From: Gemmatimonadota bacterium
GTDB taxonomy: Bacteria; Gemmatimonadota; Gemmatimonadetes; Gemmatimonadales; GWC2-71-9
Direction: 5' to 3'
Assembly (NCBI GenBank): GCA_036679645.1
Contig: JAZDCY010000068.1
Location: 17,715 to 81,714, forward strand
DNA length: 64,000 nucleotides
Shown: positions 59,630 through 64,000 of the stretch, piece by piece
How the letters are laid out: every line of letters begins with the position of its first letter
Position numbering within the stretch: position 1 is the first letter of the stretch
Program-made: the position numbers and the translations under genes
Notes under the pieces: generated by a model
The model's input: the letters and a program-made list of their open reading frames with translations, nothing else
What the model was told of the DNA's origin: nothing
Database searches by the model: none

Positions 59630-61222
59630 TCATGAGGTATCCCGCAGTACGCGCTGCGCCGCGAGCTGTCCCGGCGCGCCCATGATACCGCCACCGGGGT
59701 GGACACCGGAACCGCAGAGGTACAGCCGCCGCAGCGGCGTGCGGAAGTCTCCGTACCCCGCCACCGGCCGCAGAAAGAACAACTGCTCGAGCGTCAACTC
59801 ACCGTGAAAGATGTTTCCCTGCGTGAGCCCAATCTGCTGCTCGAGGTCCCACGGTGTCATCACCTGCCGGTGCAGAATACGATCTGGTAACCCCGGCGCG
59901 TACTGCGCGAGCGTGTCGATCACGGCATCACCAAATGCGTCACGCTGCTCGTTCCAGGTTCCCTCCGCGAGATCGTACGGTGCGTATTGCACGAAGATCG
60001 ACATGACGTGCTTGCCTAGCGGCGCCATGGAGGGATCGACGAGCGAGGGGATCACGATATCCATGTATGGGCGCCGCGAGAAACGCCCGTACTTCGCGTC
60101 ATCATACGCGCGCTCGAGATAATCGATGTCGGGGCTGATCGACAGCGCCCCGGAGAGATATGGTAGCGCGTCGGCACCACGAATTCCGCGTTGGCTGAGA
60201 CAGGTGAACTCGGGCAGGCTGTCCAGCGACAGGTTCACTTTCCCTGACGAGCCGCGGATCTTGTACCGCGCAATCTGCTCGCGGAAAGTTTCGTCGAGGT
60301 GTTCAGCCTCAACGAGCCGCTCGAAGGTGAGTTTCGGATCGACACTCGAGATGACCGTGCGCGCCCGGATCTCCTCACCGTTCTCGAGCACCACTCCCCG
60401 CGCCGTTCCTTTTTCCACCACGATTTGCGCGATCGGCGCTTCCAAACGGATCTCGGCCCCAAAATGCCGTGCCGCGCCGGCGATGGCCTCGGAAACACTT
60501 CCCATTCCTCCGCGGGGGAGTCCCCAGGCACGAAACTGCCCGTCGATCTCGCCCATATAGTGGTGCAGCATCACGTACGCTGACCCCGGAGACCGCGGGC
60601 CGAGGAACGTGCCGATGATGCCACTCGACGCCAAGGTGCCCTGGAGAGCCGGTGTCTCGAACCACTGCTCCACGAAATCGGCCGAGCTCATCGTCATCAG
60701 CTTTGCGAGATCGTAGAGATGCTCCTTGTGGCCGGCGAAGCTCCGTCCCACGCGGGCTAGATCGATCATGTTGCCGGGACGGAGCGAGGTGGGATGTGGC
60801 GGGACTGTCGACAGCAGCGGTCTGATCGCCATGCCCAGGTGATACATGAGGGTGCCGAACTGCTCGTAGGCCTCGGCATCGCTCGACGAGTGACGCATCA
60901 ACTCGAGCCGCGTATCGCCGGCATCGTGCCAGCGCATCAGGTGATCGCCGTCGGGCAGTGGTGTCAGGGTCCCATTCAGCGGCAACAACTCGAATCCGAA
61001 GCGTGGCAACTCCAGATCGCTGATGATCTGGGGACGCAGCAGGCTCACCACATACGAGCACACCGAGTACTTGAAACCGGGATACACCTCTTCGGTGATC
61101 GCCGCACCGCCCACCAGGTGCCGGCGCTCCAGCACGAGCACCGAACGCCCTGCCTTTGCGAGGTAGGCGGCACAGACGAGACCGTTGTGGCCGGCTCCGA
61201 TGATGACGGCGTCGTAGCGCAA
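59630..61222 (-). CDS. phytoene-dehydrogenase-like NAD(P)/FAD-dependent oxidoreductase
   Basis: YDAVIIGAGHNGL, VGGAAITEE..PGF, GGMG, GNIFHGEL, LYLCGSG.HPGGGIMGAPG; TTG start. Confidence 0.9.
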   Translation of the reverse strand: MRYDAVIIGAGHNGLVCAAYLAKAGRSVLVLERRHLVGGAAITEEVYPGFKYSVCSYVVSLLRPQIISDLELPRFGFELLPLNGTLTPLPDGDHLMRWHDAGDTRLELMRHSSSDAEAYEQFGTLMYHLGMAIRPLLSTVPPHPTSLRPGNMIDLARVGRSFAGHKEHLYDLAKLMTMSSADFVEQWFETPALQGTLASSGIIGTFLGPRSPGSAYVMLHHYMGEIDGQFRAWGLPRGGMGSVSEAIAGAARHFGAEIRLEAPIAQIVVEKGTARGVVLENGEEIRARTVISSVDPKLTFERLVEAEHLDETFREQIARYKIRGSSGKVNLSLDSLPEFTCLSQRGIRGADALPYLSGALSISPDIDYLERAYDDAKYGRFSRRPYMDIVIPSLVDPSMAPLGKHVMSIFVQYAPYDLAEGTWNEQRDAFGDAVIDTLAQYAPGLPDRILHRQVMTPWDLEQQIGLTQGNIFHGELTLEQLFFLRPVAGYGDFRTPLRRLYLCGSGVHPGGGIMGAPGQLAAQRVLRDTS

Positions 61223-61230
61223 GAGGATCA

Positions 61231-61355
61231 GAGAATAGAGATTATAGATTGGCGATTAGAGACTGGCGATTGGGATCTCACATCGACCATTGCGCACGAG
61301 GCATATTCATCTGTAATCTCCAATCGCCAATCTACAATCTGTAATCCTAAATCAT
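61231..61355. repeat. two inverted heptamer arrays around a ~34-bp core
   Basis: GAGAATA GAGATTA TAGATTG GCGATTA GAGACTG GCGATTG (61231-61272), then TAATCTC CAATCGC CAATCTA CAATCTG TAATCCT (61314-61348) with looser flanking units. Confidence 0.85.
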
Positions 61356-61358
61356 ATC

Positions 61359-62552
61359 ATGGCAACAGGCACCCCATTCCACACCCGCACCGCCGCCCTG
61401 TGCAAGAGCCACGACTGGCGCCAATGGTCGGGGTATCTGGTGGCGGGCTCGTATGACGACTTCGTGCAGCCGGAATACGCTGCTATTCGGCATTCAGCAG
61501 CCCTGATCGACGTGTCACCGCTCTACAAGTACCGTGTGACCGGGTCGGATTCGCCTGCTTTCATGGACCGCCTGTTCACGCACAGGGTGGGGACGCTGGA
61601 GGCGAACCGGGCGGTCTACACACCATGGTGTGATTCGGCGGGGAAGGTCCGACAGGACGGGACGGTCTTCCGGTTGGACGATGGCAGCTTCCAGATCAAC
61701 GCGGCGGAGCCCGCGCTGGGTTGGTTCCAGGCAAACGCCACCGGCTTTTCGGTTGAGATCCACGACCGATCGCTCGATGTCGCGGTTCTTTCACTTCAGG
61801 GCCCGCGCGCGCGCGACGTGCTGCGGGATGCTTCGTCGGCCAATATCGACTCGCTGCGGTTCTTTCGACTGACGACCGGCGAGATCGCCGGCGCACCGGT
61901 GACGATCTCGCGGACCGGGTACACGGGCGACCTTGGCTACGAGATCTGGATCGACCACGGAGACGCTATTAGCGTATTCGACGCGCTGCTCGAAGCAGGC
62001 GTGCCGCACCATCTCACCCCGTGCGGGCTCAAGGCCATGGACGTCGCCCGAGTCGAAGCCGGGTTCGTGCTGATCGGCGTGGACTACATCAGCGCCGAGA
62101 ACGCGCTCGTAGAAGACGACCAGATGTCACCCTATGAACTGGGGCTCGGCTGGGCAGTGAAGCTCGACAAACCGAGTTTCGTCGGTCGCACGGCACTCGC
62201 GGAGGAAGACAGAGTTGGTTCCCGGAGGCGAGTGATCGGGCTCGAGATCGATTGGGCACCGCTCGAGGCGCTGTACCTGCCCGAGGGCCTCATGCCCGAG
62301 CTACCGCTCGTCCCAGCCCGAGAGCCCGTACCGCTCTACGCGTCACGCGGCGGACGACAGATCGGCCGAGCCACAACGCGCGTGTGGTCGTCGCTGCTGA
62401 AGCGCTTCCTCGCTATTGCGACGGTTGAAGCTCCCCACGCGCAACCGGGCATGACCGTCCAGATGGAAGTCACCGTGCGCTATACGCGGCAGCGCGTCTC
62501 CGCAAAGGTCGTCCAACTCCCCTTCTTCCGCCCCGACCGAATGCGGGGCTAG
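61359..62552 (+). CDS. GcvT-like aminomethyltransferase family protein
   Basis: TPFH, EY.AIR..AALIDVSPL.K, LSLQGP, ISRTGYTGDLGYEIW, AR.EAG, SPYELGLGWAV, PFF.P. Confidence 0.9.
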   Translation: MATGTPFHTRTAALCKSHDWRQWSGYLVAGSYDDFVQPEYAAIRHSAALIDVSPLYKYRVTGSDSPAFMDRLFTHRVGTLEANRAVYTPWCDSAGKVRQDGTVFRLDDGSFQINAAEPALGWFQANATGFSVEIHDRSLDVAVLSLQGPRARDVLRDASSANIDSLRFFRLTTGEIAGAPVTISRTGYTGDLGYEIWIDHGDAISVFDALLEAGVPHHLTPCGLKAMDVARVEAGFVLIGVDYISAENALVEDDQMSPYELGLGWAVKLDKPSFVGRTALAEEDRVGSRRRVIGLEIDWAPLEALYLPEGLMPELPLVPAREPVPLYASRGGRQIGRATTRVWSSLLKRFLAIATVEAPHAQPGMTVQMEVTVRYTRQRVSAKVVQLPFFRPDRMRG

Positions 62553-62553
62553 C

Positions 62554-62622
62554 TCTTCCCCTTCCCCCTTCCCTTCCCAAGGCGATGGAAGGGGCGATGA
62601 GGGGGCGATGGAAGGGGCGATG
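62554..62622. repeat. pyrimidine run followed by four GGCGATG-based tandem units
   Basis: CTCTTCCCCTTCCCCCTTCCCTTCCC, then GGCGATGGAAGG GGCGATGAGGG GGCGATGGAAGG GGCGATG. Confidence 0.7.
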
Positions 62623-62668
62623 CCACCCCTACTCGACCACCTGGCTTGGATAAGAGACCCTCCCCCTG

Positions 62669-62797
62669 AGACCCGACCCTGAGCGTCAGTCCTGGGTTCT
62701 GAAAGACTCTTTTCACCTAGACCAGACCCCGGGCGTAAGCCCGGGGTTTAGAAAAGGTCCCCTACCTAGACCCGACCCCGGGCGTCAGCCCGGGGTT
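62669..62797. repeat. three tandem REP-like 30-bp hairpin units, period 49-50 bp
   Basis: AGACCCGACCCTGAGCGTCAGTCCTGGGTT (62669), AGACCAGACCCCGGGCGTAAGCCCGGGGTT (62719), AGACCCGACCCCGGGCGTCAGCCCGGGGTT (62768). Confidence 0.85.
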
Positions 62798-64000
62798 GTC
62801 CAGGATAGCCGCACTCCGATACAAACCATCGGCTGCCTGCAGAATCTTCCCCCGGAGACGGGACGGATAATCAGGGCGCTGCTCCAGGAACTCGCGCACG
62901 ATCTGCGCGGCTCGCGCGGAATTGTGTCCGCCCAGCGTCGCATTGAGCCAACCTAGCGGGAAGAAGATGTCACCCGTGCGTTGGATCTCTTCCACCAGTT
63001 CCAGACTCGGCACGATGTACTGCTCGGACTGCTCCGCGCGTAGCGGATGGTGGAGGAACGACAACGCCTCCAGGACCCACGGCTCATGCGCACGGTTGTC
63101 CGGATCGCGGAGTGTCTCGAAGAACGCATCGCGCACCGCCGGATCCGCGTCGACCGCGGGCATCACGAACTCGAAGCGCGCGCGGCGATCCGGGTTGGAC
63201 ATCCGATTCCGCTGTGCCGTGAGAATCCGCTCCCACCCGTCGACCTCGCGCACGGCCAGCTCGAGGGCGAGCGTCGCGTAGTCGCGCTCCGCGAGGGGAA
63301 GATCCGGCACGGCCTCCTCATAGCGCCAGATCCGCTCGAGTCGGCGGAGGGCGCGATTTGAGGGAATCAGCGATCGGTAGGCGCGGAAGTACGCCGTGCG
63401 GGTCGAGATACGGTCGGCACCGTTCACGAGACGCCACAACTGCGCGTCCAGATCGGCACCGATCGCATCCCGTTGACCGGGTGTCAGGTACCGCCAGTAC
63501 GCGGTGCGCAGGTAGCCCAGGATGCGCTGCAGGTTCAGCTCGACATCTTCCACTCAACATGGCATCCCAGAGCGTGATCCATCCGACCCCCCTGACCATG
63601 GGGTCCGCGATCTCCGGCAGGTGCTGCGCCAGGAACGTCAACGACGCCCGATCGGGAACGAACTCGCCGTACGCAACCCCGTGCCCGTTTGCCAGCACGA
63701 AATCCGGCATCGGCCGGCCAACGGCGGCGTCGACCGAGGTCACCTGTCCATCGAGCGCCATTGGAATAACCTGCGAGGAATCGCCCGTCGCGAGTATCAC
63801 GTCGATACGTTCGGGCCAGACGCGCCCCTCACCGCGCGGATCCTCCTGGCGAAGCCGAAGTGCGGCGATGCGTCCATCGCCATCGGCTTCCAGCTCGGTG
63901 GTGACGCGTGGCCGGCCCGGCTCTTCCACCCACACGCGACTCCACGTGGCGAGATCGTCTTCGGTACGCGCGTCTAAGAGCGCGATCAGGTCGGGCCAGG
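62762..64000 (-). pseudogene. M1-family aminopeptidase C-terminal (ERAP1-like) region, 5'-partial, frameshifted near 63555
   Basis: WPDLI..LD...W...WVEEPGRP, LWDAML / ELNLQRILGYL, EPWV, EEIQRTGDIFFP; the two halves are in different frames. Confidence 0.7.

Noticed and set aside
57981..61222. carotenoid biosynthesis (crtI)
   Set aside because: No crtB/crtE/crtY neighbours; context is an aminomethyltransferase, so only family-level similarity is claimed.
61359..62552. true glycine-cleavage gcvT
   Set aside because: No gcvH/gcvP nearby; context fits a stand-alone GcvT-like paralog.
62669..62797. mini CRISPR array
   Set aside because: Only three units, linkers of about 20 bp that resemble each other, the last unit lies inside a gene, and there are no cas genes.
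1..64000. long antisense/alternate-frame ORFs in the track; tRNA, rRNA, prophage, intact IS
   Set aside because: Shadow ORFs are Arg/Pro/Ala-rich products of high GC overlapping well-supported genes. No tRNA/rRNA signatures, phage genes or transposases were recognised by eye.

Overview
High-GC bacterial chromosomal window. The N-terminal style of the Ser/Thr kinases and the many secreted peptidases suggest Gemmatimonadota; this is an inference and no search was run. No rRNA, tRNA, CRISPR array, intact transposase or prophage was seen. The window holds four type II toxin-antitoxin modules (two tandem but dissimilar HipBA-like operons, VapBC, HicAB), several secreted hydrolases (S9, M28, M14, M1, gamma-glutamyltransferase, amidohydrolase), hflKC, a cysteine-synthase/rhodanese fusion and a cold-shock gene. 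A region of about 12 kb (27.3-39.3 kb) is rich in redox/detoxification genes and includes a divergent sigma-54 activator with a recognisable -24/-12 promoter. Further along are TPR kinases, an Omp85 gene paired with an exported kinase-like gene, and two flavoproteins next to a GcvT-like gene. The best finding is an ORF the track splits: a 174-aa peroxiredoxin-like redoxin (39255..38731, - strand) with an in-frame TGA at the catalytic-Cys position, followed directly by a SECIS-like hairpin, i.e. a probable selenoprotein. Also notable are a candidate ~95-nt sRNA/attenuator upstream of csp, a ~115-bp direct repeat bracketing a kinase gene, heptamer and REP-like repeat arrays, and at least ten truncated or internally deleted genes, including a 51-aa thiolase made of only its two ends.
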